Below, piece by piece: positions 14,101-28,083 of a stretch of DNA of 64,000 bases (positions are counted from its first letter, which is position 1; every line of letters begins with the position of its first letter). Position numbers and translations under genes: made by a program. This DNA is from Eledone cirrhosa. Taxonomy: Eukaryota. The notes under the pieces are model-generated. The model made no database searches. It was given only the letters and a program-made list of their open reading frames with translations, and was not told the origin of the DNA. The stretch is from positions 49,786,001 to 49,850,000 of the forward strand of contig OZ024746.1 of NCBI GenBank assembly GCA_964016885.1, in the 5' to 3' direction.

Positions 14101-14255
14101 TCGAGCGTAAATTCAAGAGATTAGGAATCCACGTATATTTGGCTTTCGATTTCGTATCTAAACACCACAAGGTTTTTGGGCATTAGACATTTCTGTCTTT
14201 GTTGGAGGTCACTAACTATTTACTCGTATAGAATGTTGTCGTTATTGTCTAGCAT

Positions 14256-14440
14256 GGTGGGTTGGCAGTATCGGTAGAGGGTCGGACGCCATGCTTTGCA
14301 GCATAAAGTTACGGCCCTTTATGGTCTGAGTTCAAATCCCACCGAAGTTAACTTTGTCTTTCATCCTTACGAGGTCGATAAAATAAAGTACCAGTAATGC
14401 ACTGGATAATTGCTGGCCTTATGCCAAAAGTAGAAACAAT
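14256..14440 (+). mobile_element. tRNA-derived SINE with Meta-domain-like core
   Basis: A-box TGGCAGTATCGG, B-box GAGTTCAAATCC, core CTTTCATCCTTACGAGGTCGATAAAATAAAGTACCAG; at least 7 more copies in the window. Confidence 0.8.
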
Positions 14441-16533
14441 TAATTAATGATCATTCGTAACCATCTCATCTTTTTTCAAACTTATATTATCCAATGTGTC
14501 TTCCATTTTTTTAAAAGACAGAAAGTGTGATTCGAGTTATGCTGAGAAATCGCATAAGAGCGTCCCCTTTGTGTTACACTTTGATGTGTTTACTGGAATT
14601 AAACAAAACGATAGAATTTAAGTTTAATAAGAGATATGTTGAATTATTTCACCGACGCAATTGTATTTTGTACACGTTATTAATGACTACTGACCGAAAC
14701 TTTCGTGGGACAGGTTGGAGGAGGAGGAGGAGGAGAAGAAGAAGGAGAGAGAGGGGGAGAGAGCGAGAGAGAGAGAGAGTGAGAGAGAGAGAATACGATC
14801 TTGACATAAACCGAAGTTAACGTAAGCTGATAAGGTATAAAATCCCAATACTCCAGCCGATGATTCTGCATAGTCTCTCAATAAATTAAATGAAAATCAA
14901 CTTCGATATTTACTCGATGTCTAGAGATGGTAATTGGTTTCATTATATTGTTTTTACTAATTTTTTCATTCATTTACAGAGTATTTAATGAATTCGATGC
15001 CAGGAGGATTTTTTTGTTGTTGAAACTGAAAATGATATATTTTATTTTAGTAATGTAAATATATTTTTAGTATTGATTTCAATCTTCTTAAAATCCATTT
15101 ATTTTGTGGCTTTGACTGGATTTCTCGTTTTGTGTTTTATTTTGCAAATATAAATGTTGTTTGTTGATCTATGTGGTTTGTTAGTCGACTGGGACGTAAT
15201 TAGTCTGTCGTCCCGCATATTCCCTCAATTAATTGACATCGGTATAGGGTAACTTAATAGCATCACTTATGTTTTAAAAGGAATCTGGGTAATTGTTTAA
15301 TTATATATAATATTACAGGTTTGTCGTTGTGTAAATTAATTTTAGCATTTAAATAATGTTACACATTGTTTTAGCGTTAAAAACATTTGAAGAGCATGTT
15401 TTCTTAACAACTGAAGTATGAAAGTTTCAACCTTATTGAATTTTATTATCTTCGATCTAGTAGTGGCGATATTCACTCCAGGAAGATCGCATATAGTCTC
15501 TAGTTATCGGTTATTAATCATACATCTGCGTAGGTGTGACATTAAGTTCTGGACTACACATATTGCAGCATGCTGCAAGGAAGGTATATAAAAATACTTG
15601 TTGAACTAGAAGTATTTTATCTTAGTAATATGAATATACTTTTGGTTGATTGTATTATATACAACATAGACGTAGCAACTGATTTCCTTTGATGTAGGCT
15701 GTTGATGAAAATGGGTTTTTGCTTGTCTTAGTTTCATCAAATTGCATTGATCCGATTTGCTTACTTTTTGGCGAAGTTTAGTTGACTGACTATTCTATGG
15801 GAAACTCAAATACTGAAGAGATTGGCGTAATGTATTATACTTTGGACTTTCAATTGTAGATGTTGGTTATTCCTTCCATATACGAGCTTGTTTGCGATTC
15901 GGTGTGGCGTTCCTAGCCTCTGTGCAGCACTATGATGGAAAGCTGTGCTATCTACACCGGTTTGCAATCTGTCATTACACTCACGTTTTCATAGGTAGCT
16001 TGCAATTTGTAAACTCCAGTTAAATGTTTAATAGACTTGAGAAACGAATTGTTTGCACATTGAGAATGCAATCACCTTCCAGCTAGTTATCCGTTCAGGA
16101 TACCGTGACTAAGTCTTGAAGAGAAGGCTAACATAGTTTCTCCTGAAAAATAGCTTTCCCCACTAATTCTATTGATCAACTTGACTTGCTAGAAATAGTA
16201 GCCAAATCTGATCAGAACTGTTGGATTTTTTGTTTGAGCTAACGCATTATCTTCATGATATTTTTGTTCTGAAGATTATGCTCTGTTGGGTTGTGTAAGA
16301 AAATTGCTTAATGATTGGTGATTGGCCATCAGGTAGAAGGTTGAAATATAGAAAATAAAATTCTGTCTTTGGGTGTGCGAATTTGGAGCAATAATGCGGA
16401 GGTTTTGCCAATGACCAGGCCTCGCTGTAGAGCGGATGTATGTTCGTGTGTGCGCGCGTTTGTAATAAGCCTGCATGGAGTTCCATGTAATATATGTATA
16501 TATATATATATATATACATGACGTTATATATAC

Positions 16534-16733
16534 NNNNNNNNNNNNNNNNNNNNNNNNNNNNNNNNNNNNNNNNNNNNNNNNNNNNNNNNNNNNNNNNNNN
16601 NNNNNNNNNNNNNNNNNNNNNNNNNNNNNNNNNNNNNNNNNNNNNNNNNNNNNNNNNNNNNNNNNNNNNNNNNNNNNNNNNNNNNNNNNNNNNNNNNNNN
16701 NNNNNNNNNNNNNNNNNNNNNNNNNNNNNNNNN
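16534..16733. other. Assembly gap (200 N)
   Basis: Run of N; fixed size suggests a scaffolding join. Confidence 0.99.
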
Positions 16734-16852
16734 GTACAAGGTCAACAATTTGAAGGGGAGGACAAAGTAGATTAAATCGACTCCAGTACTTACTGATGCT
16801 TTATTTTATTGAACCCTTAATGTTGAAAGGCAAAGCTAATCTCGGCGGGATG
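16734..16852 (-). mobile_element. SINE fragment (same family as 14256)
   Basis: TTATTTTATTGAACCC..GAAAGGCAAAGCTAATCTCGGCGGGA core. Confidence 0.6.
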
Positions 16853-17482
16853 TCTCCAAACATACACGAAGTTAAAGGTGGTGGGTTTGTAGGCTTTTAG
16901 TTATGTATACTATATAATTGTGCTTGGCTCATCTTTCTATTCAGGCCAAGGATTGTTTAAGGTGTGTGGCTATGCTTGGAAAATAAATATTCTGGCAAAT
17001 TCAGGTAGAGTACGTATGAAACCCGTAAGAGTAAATCTTTTCCGCAGTACAGACGATAAGTTACTTTCCAGCAAAAAATGGTTTTGAAGTGCTTGTTTGG
17101 TGCAGAGGTAGCACGTTGGCTTATTCCCCCTCACAAGATTTGAGCGTATCCTAAATATTCCGTTTCAAGCCACAAGGTTTCTTGGTTTTTGAGTTACCAG
17201 ATGTATTTTGATTATGGGGTCATATTAGATCTAGACGGGTTTCTGAACGTGTGTGGGAATACATTGCTTCTATAGTTAGTATATGAGTATATGTTATATA
17301 ATCTAATCTAATCTCCGCCTCTCTCTTTCTCTTTATGTATGTATGCAAACATAGATATTGCTTATCACATACCAGTGAAAATATACCTGTTCGTAGAATA
17401 AACATTATTATGTATCATTCTCATCACAATGTAATTTAATATATATCTATATATATATCACACACACACACACACACACACA

Positions 17483-17594
<112 letters not shown>

Positions 17595-17699
17595 TGCATA
17601 TACATATATATATGCATATTCATACACACACATATACATACATATGATGTGATATAAGATTGGAAGATCATCAGATTTTTGTTAAAGAGTGTATATAGG

Positions 17700-18352
17700 T
17701 ACACAGAGTATAATACAATATTTACGATTTATATTTATGAGGATGTCTGTCTGTGTGTGTGAGTTTGAATCCATAAAACTCGAGAAGTACCCAACCGATC
17801 TTTTTCAAACTTTACATGCGTATTACTGTTGTTTCAGGGAGTGTTATGCACATAAATTCAACTTTTTGATACCCTAGGGCCCGCATTAGGTGAAAAACTG
17901 CGTTTTTTCAGCTTTTTAGGGTTTTTTGAGGCGTTACGTCAGACCGATTTCCTTGAAATTGTAACTATGTATTAGTCAGTCTCTTCTTCATACCGTGAGC
18001 AAAGGAAATCCAACATTTTTATGGCCTAGATCCCACATCAGGTGAAAAACTTCATTTTTTCCAGATTTTAGGGCTTTTTTTAGGCGTTACGTCTAGCCAA
18101 TTTTCCCTAAATTTCAAGGCATATCATGCACATAAAAACATTCATTTTCTTGATCCCCTAGGGCCCGCATTAGGTGAAAACCTGGTTTTTCGTGCTTCAT
18201 CGAGGAAAATCCTAAAGATTATCCAGCCATCAGAGTATTCCGTTTATTTTCTTTACATATTGTCGATGTATGCAGTTTTTCCACGATTATGTCTGTTGGC
18301 GGCCCGCGTTCCAAAATACCTTATCCAGTGCAACGCCGGGTACCAATGCTAG
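17700..18352 (+). mobile_element. Non-autonomous Helitron-like element with internal ~150-bp subrepeats (5' end approximate)
   Basis: 3' GC hairpin CCAGTGCAACGCCGGG followed by CTAG|T at 18349-18353; TGTC/TG repeat near 5' end; three copies of CCTAGxxCCCxCATxAGGTGAAAA. Confidence 0.6.
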
Positions 18353-18410
18353 TATTATATATAATATAAATATATATGTGTCTGATGATGTATATATATA
18401 TATATATGTA

Positions 18411-18446
<36 letters not shown>

Positions 18447-18484
18447 GTTAAAAGAATAGAGGTGTAACACACAAGTTATTATAT

Positions 18485-18970
18485 ATTGGAAAACGGAATA
18501 GAAAATGCTGACAAATTGTTCACAGTTGAAAAATGGTTTAATTAGGAATAAAAGAGTATTAGTAATTGTATGGGTTAGTATTCAGTTGTAGTTTTAAGTT
18601 TTTAAGTTTTTACCGGTTGCGCATTTCTAAATGCTTTTCAAAAATAATTTTGAGATGGTGTGTCCGTGTCGTTTGCTCTGATCTGATTAGTTTTGGGAAT
18701 TCTACCTGTTTTTATGTTAAAAAACATAATTCTACCTGTTTTTAACATAAAAACAGGTAGAATTCCCAAAACTAATCAGATCAGAGCAAACAACACGGAC
18801 ACTATCTCAAAATTATTTTTGAAAAGCATTTAGAAATGCGCAACTGGTAAAAACTTAAAAACTTAAAACCACAACTGAATACTAACCCATACAATTACTA
18901 ATACTCTTTTATTCCTAATTAAACCATTTTTCAACTGTAAACAATTTGTCAGCATTTTCTATTCCGTTTA

Positions 18971-18975
<5 letters not shown>
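18485..18975. mobile_element. Palindrome of two head-to-head 3' ends of the PLE family at 54280-56692
   Basis: Arms ~18485-18726 and 18737-18975 are reverse complements with a few mismatches and a ~10-nt spacer; the arm matches 56470-56692; (TA)n flanks. Confidence 0.88.
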
Positions 18976-19024
<49 letters not shown>

Positions 19025-19028
<4 letters not shown>

Positions 19029-20004
19029 GATAAATCTACCAAGAGTTTACGGTAGTGTCCAATCCGTATGAAGAACTCAATGTAATCCGGATATCATGGA
19101 AAGAAGAGATGCAATGAAAAATCACTTTCGGTGAAAGATAAACGGAATACAGAGTCAAGATAAAATATTAAAAAAATAATGAATAAAACAATGAAACAGT
19201 TCCTTATATTAAACAAAAAAAGTTCATTATTTAACGATCGTTTCTAGGATATATATGTGTTAGAATTGGCATGCATATTCAACAGATCTATGTACAAAAT
19301 TATACAAAATTATACAAACTATCAAAATTAAATATACATACCAAACACATATATATGCCGTCTTCAGAAATAATGAAATATATTTATTGATAATAACAAC
19401 AATTCAAAATTACAGGTCTGTTTTGGAACAGAGTTCAAATTGACCAATGAAAATACAAAAAGTTTATACAGTTAGGTGTGTGTATATATATGTAAGTAAC
19501 TTCGTTCACAGATATGCATAAAGATATATGTTCACATGCATACGCATGCCAAAAAGGTGTATGTAAATACAAAAATTCAAGGCTAATGTCTCTGTATGTT
19601 TATAATCTACAGATAAAATACGTATACACATATAAAAATATAAAATAGATATATACACACATTCATATACTCACACATATACGTACATTCACACACACAC
19701 GCGCGTATACGCATAAACATACACACAACCACGAACATACATACACACATACACCCCCACACACATATATATGTGTGTATATACTATTATCATAAGCATA
19801 TGGACATTAATGCGCGCACATACACACTGCCACACATATTTAGATCCAGATACAGAAAGAAGGTGGGGGGGGGAGAAGAGGTCAGTATTCACCGGTGTCA
19901 ACAGACTGCCTATTTATAAATGTATCTATAAACTTAGAAATAAAAAGAAAAGAAAAAGAAAAAAGAAATATATCAAGAAAATATATATATATATATATAT
20001 ACAT

Positions 20005-20054
<50 letters not shown>

Positions 20055-20110
20055 ATACATACAGATATATATAAACAAGTAAAATATAAAATATACATCG
20101 ATATACATAC

Positions 20111-20147
<37 letters not shown>

Positions 20148-20304
20148 CATGCATATACATACATATACATACACATATACACAAACACATAATACACATA
20201 CATATACATACACACACCATATAAATACACATACACATACACACACGCATACATATAGAGACACATACATATACACATATAAATACATAGACATATACAC
20301 ATAT

Positions 20305-20357
<53 letters not shown>

Positions 20358-20377
20358 TATATACATTCACAACACAC

Positions 20378-20447
<70 letters not shown>

Positions 20448-20658
20448 CTACACACATATATAAACACACTCATGTATATACACACATACACATACATACC
20501 CACATATAAATATATATATATATACACACACATATACACACATATATATATATATATATATATACATATATATACACACACATATAAAGATACACACACA
20601 CACACACACACATACACATATATAAAAAGATATATATACACACACACACCCACATATA

Positions 20659-20695
<37 letters not shown>

Positions 20696-21023
20696 CACAC
20701 ACATACATATATATACACACATACATACACACACATACATACTCATACATAGACATACATATATACACACACACACATACACACATACATATACGCATAT
20801 ATACACATACATACACATCCATGTATGCGTATATACATACAAACAAACACCACCACACGCTCACACAACTCAGACATACATAGATAAAGGGATATACATA
20901 CACATATATACATATTTAAATAGAGATACAAATACATATATAAATATATACACACGTACACACACAAACACACATACATATGCATACATACATACATACA
21001 TACATATACACACACATACACAC

Positions 21024-21108
<85 letters not shown>

Positions 21109-21310
21109 CATATATACATATATATAAAAAAATAAAGAAATAAGATAAATAAATAAATAAATTAATTAATACACACAGTCAGACTAATATGCACACACAT
21201 ACATATACATATATATATACACATACACATATATATATACATATATATATATACATATATACACACATACATACATACATATATATATACACATACACAC
21301 ATCAACTACA

Positions 21311-21360
<50 letters not shown>

Positions 21361-22263
21361 CAATATATATATATATATATACTCACACTCACATATACAT
21401 GCGCACATACGTACACATATACACATACACACATATACACATAGACATATACATGTGCATACATATACATACACACATATACCCACATAAATACATAGAT
21501 ACATATATATATACACATATATATACACATATATATATACACACATATATACATATATATATATATATATATACACACAATCATACACCCTTATTTACAT
21601 GCGCACATATGTATTTTTATACTCACATACAAACACCCAAACATAGATACCTACCTACATATACATACATACATACACGCTTACAAATACAAATAATAAT
21701 AGTAGGGGGGGAGGGGGGGATTATAGTAAATATAGGTTTCAAGAAACATAGAATATTAATCTGCATTTAGATCATAATATGTGTTTACATAGTTTCAGTA
21801 TTAGGAAATGTAAGAAAGAAGGCAAAATTATGCATTTCAATATAAGTATACCATTAATTATAGGTTAACTAAACTAAAGATAGTTAATATATTGATTTCT
21901 AAGGTGTATACTACTTAGGTTTATAATATTTGAAGCGGAATTTTGAAGTTAAATAGTAGTAGAGTATTAATTATAGTATAACTAAATTAAAATTATTAAC
22001 GTTATGGTATCAATATTAGGAAATGAATTTAGTAATAGGGAAAAACAAATAAAGTATTACATCGGTAGTAGAATATAAATTATAGGTTAACTAAATTAAA
22101 AATTATATATTAATTTCTATAGTATATGTTAATTAGGTTTATAATAATTAAAATAGATATTGTATTTTATCTATAGTAGAATATAATTATAGGTAAACAG
22201 AAATTAAAATTAAAATTAAAATTAATACATACACATATACATATACATATATATATACATATA

Positions 22264-22297
<34 letters not shown>

Positions 22298-22835
22298 CAT
22301 ATTTTTTCAAAAATTGCAAAGAATATATTAACTAGGTATACATCCAAAACCTATCTCAGTCTATGATTACATGACACTCTGCAATCCATCTGTATTAGGA
22401 TATTAATTTTAAGCCAATTAAATTAAATTTTTAGGTTGACCAAATTTAAAACCAAATTATAAATATATTTCTAAAATGTACATTAATTAGGTCTATAATA
22501 CTAAAAATTATTTCTCTGTCATTGAATACACGATATTTTGCTATATTTTATCTGTAAAGGAATTTAAATAAAAGGTTAAATAAATTAAAATTAATCTATA
22601 AATTAATTTACGAAGTATATATTAGTAATATTTAAAAGTTTTTCACAATTTATGATTACGCAATATTTTATAATCTCATCTGTAGTAGAATTTTAATTAA
22701 ATTAAATTTATAGGTTCACTAACATTTAAATTAAATTATATATTAATTTCTAAAATAATGTTATTAATTAGGTTTATAATATTTAAATGTTTTTCTTAGT
22801 TTATGATTACACGATATAATTAATTTTTTTAATAT
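19025..22835 (-). mobile_element. PLE (Naiad-like) 3' region: end of GIY-YIG, long microsatellite-filled UTR and HHR
   Basis: 19025-19450 matches 60082-60490; 22780-22830 matches 62490-62555 (SCNHKLRK end of endonuclease). Confidence 0.75.
19223..19377 (-). ncRNA. Type I hammerhead ribozyme with 116-nt stem II region
   Basis: Minus strand: UUCAUUAUUU-CUGAAGA-[stem II]-GAAA-CGAUCG-UU/AAAUAAUGAA; 10-bp stem I; palindromic stem III. Confidence 0.7.
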
Positions 22836-23151
22836 TTTATATATATATATATATATTATATAATTGGAGGTTTAGTAAAATCGAATCTTTGGCGGTGTGC
22901 AAGCAAATTCGACCTACTATATGAATGAGTTAGCAAAGCACTCGACAAGGTAGGTCCTCAGAGTAATAACATACGTTTAAATAGCTTAACAAATTGAATA
23001 TTGTGGTAGGCAAAATCTAACACACAATACCAAAGTAACGAAAGAACTAACAGGTTGAAAAAATACACCTGGACAAATCAGACATTATACGTTTAAAGTG
23101 TTTCTATGAATCCGAAATCAAATATCAGACTTACGTAACTGGCAAGCTCGT

Positions 23152-23187
<36 letters not shown>

Positions 23188-23307
23188 TATAGACATAGGA
23201 TATTCGAAAATATTCTGTATGTTTATAATAAACATTTTGAAGACCTAATCGCTATAGAATAGAATACGTCACGTATTACAATTAGATTCTCGATAAAAGC
23301 AAGGGAA

Positions 23308-23350
23308 GTAATCTACGCGTTTCATTCTCGTTAGAAATCATCAGGACTAC
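23308..23350 (-). ncRNA. Minimal type I HHR of the 310-bp unit (first of 8 minus-strand copies, every 310 bp to 25478-25520)
   Basis: Reverse complement of the 25860-25902 motif. Confidence 0.85.
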
Positions 23351-25859
23351 ATATCCAGTGCTTTTATCGAGAATGACACAGCTAGAGACTTATAGAATAC
23401 TTAGCTGTGTACAGGAACTGGTTTGAAAGAGCGGTTGCCGGTCCGGCAGAAATTAGAAATTGGAATAAATGCTCTGAAATAGCGATATATATGTGAATAT
23501 AGACATAGGATATTCGAAAATATTCTGTATGTTTATAATAAACATTTTGAAGACCTAATCGCTATAGAATAGAATACGTCACGTATTACAATTAGATTCT
23601 CGATAAAAGCAAGGGAAGTAATCTACGCGTTTCATTCTCGTTAGAAATCATCAGGACTACATATCCAGTGCTTTTATCGAGAATGACACAGCTAGAGACT
23701 TATAGAATACTTAGCTGTGTACAGGAACTGGTTTGAAAGAGCGGTTGCCGGTCCGGCAGAAATTAGAAATTGGAATAAATGCTCTGAAATAGCGATATAT
23801 ATGTGAATATAGACATAGGATATTCGAAAATATTCTGTATGTTTATAATAAACATTTTGAAGACCTAATCGCTATAGAATAGAATACGTCACGTATTACA
23901 ATTAGATTCTCGATAAAAGCAAGGGAAGTAATCTACGCGTTTCATTCTCGTTAGAAATCATCAGGACTACATATCCAGTGCTTTTATCGAGAATGACACA
24001 GCTAGAGACTTATAGAATACTTAGCTGTGTACAGGAACTGGTTTGAAAGAGCGGTTGCCGGTCCGGCAGAAATTAGAAATTGGAATAAATGCTCTGAAAT
24101 AGCGATATATATGTGAATATAGACATAGGATATTCGAAAATATTCTGTATGTTTATAATAAACATTTTGAAGACCTAATCGCTATAGAATAGAATACGTC
24201 ACGTATTACAATTAGATTCTCGATAAAAGCAAGGGAAGTAATCTACGCGTTTCATTCTCGTTAGAAATCATCAGGACTACATATCCAGTGCTTTTATCGA
24301 GAATGACACAGCTAGAGACTTATAGAATACTTAGCTGTGTACAGGAACTGGTTTGAAAGAGCGGTTGCCGGTCCGGCAGAAATTAGAAATTGGAATAAAT
24401 GCTCTGAAATAGCGATATATATGTGAATATAGACATAGGATATTCGAAAATATTCTGTATGTTTATAATAAACATTTTGAAGACCTAATCGCTATAGAAT
24501 AGAATACGTCACGTATTACAATTAGATTCTCGATAAAAGCAAGGGAAGTAATCTACGCGTTTCATTCTCGTTAGAAATCATCAGGACTACATATCCAGTG
24601 CTTTTATCGAGAATGACACAGCTAGAGACTTATAGAATACTTAGCTGTGTACAGGAACTGGTTTGAAAGAGCGGTTGCCGGTCCGGCAGAAATTAGAAAT
24701 TGGAATAAATGCTCTGAAATAGCGATATATATGTGAATATAGACATAGGATATTCGAAAATATTCTGTATGTTTATAATAAACATTTTGAAGACCTAATC
24801 GCTATAGAATAGAATACGTCACGTATTACAATTAGATTCTCGATAAAAGCAAGGGAAGTAATCTACGCGTTTCATTCTCGTTAGAAATCATCAGGACTAC
24901 ATATCCAGTGCTTTTATCGAGAATGACACAGCTAGAGACTTATAGAATACTTAGCTGTGTACAGGAACTGGTTTGAAAGAGCGGTTGCCGGTCCGGCAGA
25001 AATTAGAAATTGGAATAAATGCTCTGAAATAGCGATATATATGTGAATATAGACATAGGATATTCGAAAATATTCTGTATGTTTATAATAAACATTTTGA
25101 AGACCTAATCGCTATAGAATAGAATACGTCACGTATTACAATTAGATTCTCGATAAAAGCAAGGGAAGTAATCTACGCGTTTCATTCTCGTTAGAAATCA
25201 TCAGGACTACATATCCAGTGCTTTTATCGAGAATGACACAGCTAGAGACTTATAGAATACTTAGCTGTGTACAGGAACTGGTTTGAAAGAGCGGTTGCCG
25301 GTCCGGCAGAAATTAGAAATTGGAATAAATGCTCTGAAATAGCGATATATATGTGAATATAGACATAGGATATTCGAAAATATTCTGTATGTTTATAATA
25401 AACATTTTGAAGACCTAATCGCTATAGAATAGAATACGTCACGTATTACAATTAGATTCTCGATAAAAGCAAGGGAAGTAATCTACGCGTTTCATTCTCG
25501 TTAGAAATCATCAGGACTACATATCCAGTGCTTTTATCGAGAATGACACAGCTAGAGACTTATAGAATACGAGAATGAAACGCGTAGATTACTTCCCTTG
25601 CTTTTATCGAGAATCTAATTGTAATACGTGACGTATTCTATTCTATAGCGATTAGGTCTTCAAAATGTTTATTATAAACATACAGAATATTTTCGAATAT
25701 CCTATGTCTATATTCACATATATATCGCTATTTCAGAGCATTTATTCCAATTTCTAATTTCTGCCGGACCGGCAACCGCTCTTTCAAACCAGTTCCTGTA
25801 CACAGCTAAGTATTCTATAAGTCTCTAGCTGTGTCATTCTCGATAAAAGCACTGGATAT

Positions 25860-25902
25860 GTAGTCCTGATGATTTCTAACGAGAATGAAACGCGTAGATT
25901 AC
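25860..25902 (+). ncRNA. Minimal type I HHR of the 310-bp unit (first of 5 plus-strand copies: 25860, 26170, 26480, 26790, 27100)
   Basis: GUAGUC-CUGAUGA-UUUCU AACG AGAAU-GAAA-CGCG-UA/GAUUAC; predicted cleavage after 25896; closed by a 16-bp helix 25836-25851/25909-25924. Confidence 0.85.
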
Positions 25903-27295
25903 TTCCCTTGCTTTTATCGAGAATCTAATTGTAATACGTGACGTATTCTATTCTATAGCGATTAGGTCTTCAAAATGTTTATTATAAACATACAGAATAT
26001 TTTCGAATATCCTATGTCTATATTCACATATATATCGCTATTTCAGAGCATTTATTCCAATTTCTAATTTCTGCCGGACCGGCAACCGCTCTTTCAAACC
26101 AGTTCCTGTACACAGCTAAGTATTCTATAAGTCTCTAGCTGTGTCATTCTCGATAAAAGCACTGGATATGTAGTCCTGATGATTTCTAACGAGAATGAAA
26201 CGCGTAGATTACTTCCCTTGCTTTTATCGAGAATCTAATTGTAATACGTGACGTATTCTATTCTATAGCGATTAGGTCTTCAAAATGTTTATTATAAACA
26301 TACAGAATATTTTCGAATATCCTATGTCTATATTCACATATATATCGCTATTTCAGAGCATTTATTCCAATTTCTAATTTCTGCCGGACCGGCAACCGCT
26401 CTTTCAAACCAGTTCCTGTACACAGCTAAGTATTCTATAAGTCTCTAGCTGTGTCATTCTCGATAAAAGCACTGGATATGTAGTCCTGATGATTTCTAAC
26501 GAGAATGAAACGCGTAGATTACTTCCCTTGCTTTTATCGAGAATCTAATTGTAATACGTGACGTATTCTATTCTATAGCGATTAGGTCTTCAAAATGTTT
26601 ATTATAAACATACAGAATATTTTCGAATATCCTATGTCTATATTCACATATATATCGCTATTTCAGAGCATTTATTCCAATTTCTAATTTCTGCCGGACC
26701 GGCAACCGCTCTTTCAAACCAGTTCCTGTACACAGCTAAGTATTCTATAAGTCTCTAGCTGTGTCATTCTCGATAAAAGCACTGGATATGTAGTCCTGAT
26801 GATTTCTAACGAGAATGAAACGCGTAGATTACTTCCCTTGCTTTTATCGAGAATCTAATTGTAATACGTGACGTATTCTATTCTATAGCGATTAGGTCTT
26901 CAAAATGTTTATTATAAACATACAGAATATTTTCGAATATCCTATGTCTATATTCACATATATATCGCTATTTCAGAGCATTTATTCCAATTTCTAATTT
27001 CTGCCGGACCGGCAACCGCTCTTTCAAACCAGTTCCTGTACACAGCTAAGTATTCTATAAGTCTCTAGCTGTGTCATTCTCGATAAAAGCACTGGATATG
27101 TAGTCCTGATGATTTCTAACGAGAATGAAACGCGTAGATTACTTCCCTTGCTTTTATCGAGAATCTAATTGTAATACGTGACGTATTCTATTCTATAGCG
27201 ATTAGGTCTTCAAAATGTTTATTATAAACATACAGAATATTTTCGAATATCCTATGTCTATATTCACATATATATCGCTATTTCAGAGCATTTAT

Positions 27296-27301
<6 letters not shown>

Positions 27302-27339
<38 letters not shown>

Positions 27340-27378
27340 GTATATATATATATGTATATATATATATACATATATATG

Positions 27379-27427
<49 letters not shown>

Positions 27428-27462
27428 GTATATATATATGTATATATATATACATATATATG

Positions 27463-27513
<51 letters not shown>

Positions 27514-27552
27514 GTATATATATATATGTATATATATATATACATATATATG

Positions 27553-27591
<39 letters not shown>

Positions 27592-27632
27592 TTATGTATA
27601 TATATATGTATATATATATATACATATATATG

Positions 27633-27664
<32 letters not shown>

Positions 27665-27733
27665 TATATACATATATATGTATATGTATATGTATATATA
27701 TATATATTTATGTATATATATATGTATATATAT
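27302..27733. repeat. (TA)n-based microsatellite separating the two arrays
   Basis: Read directly. Confidence 0.95.
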
Positions 27734-28038
27734 ATAAATTGAAACAAAATGAAAACGAAATTTCATTTCTCACTCTTAGTATGGCACTTACTTAAATGTA
27801 AGTATGCATGTATACGTACATACATATATGTATACAGACGTACAGTAGCATGCACATATATATATATATATATACATATATACATACATATGCATACAGG
27901 TACACATACATATATGCACGTATCAGTTTAGCGGCGCTAACGTCGCTTTGTTCGTTTGTAAACAAACTGAACAGCCTGAATTTATGCCATACGGTGTTAA
28001 GGCAACCACGTCACCTTTTTGTTCAACACTGACACAGG

Positions 28039-28083
28039 AACGATGTACTAGTTTCAAGCTTGTTAGCTATCATCAGCACCGTT
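28039..28083 (-). ncRNA. Minimal type I HHR of the 468-bp unit (minus copies at 28039, 28507, 28975, 33412)
   Basis: Reverse complement of the 29462-29506 motif. Confidence 0.85.

Larger units (their letters stand above)
23184..27301. mobile_element. Retrozyme-like tandem array, 310-bp unit, inverted at ~25570 (about 7.7 units then 5.6 units)
   Basis: Exact 310 periodicity (e.g. 23191, 23501); orientation flips at 25569-25570; one HHR per unit; (TA)n both sides. Confidence 0.95.

Noticed and set aside
14256-14345. tRNA gene
   Set aside because: A/B boxes belong to a multi-copy SINE head; no full cloverleaf
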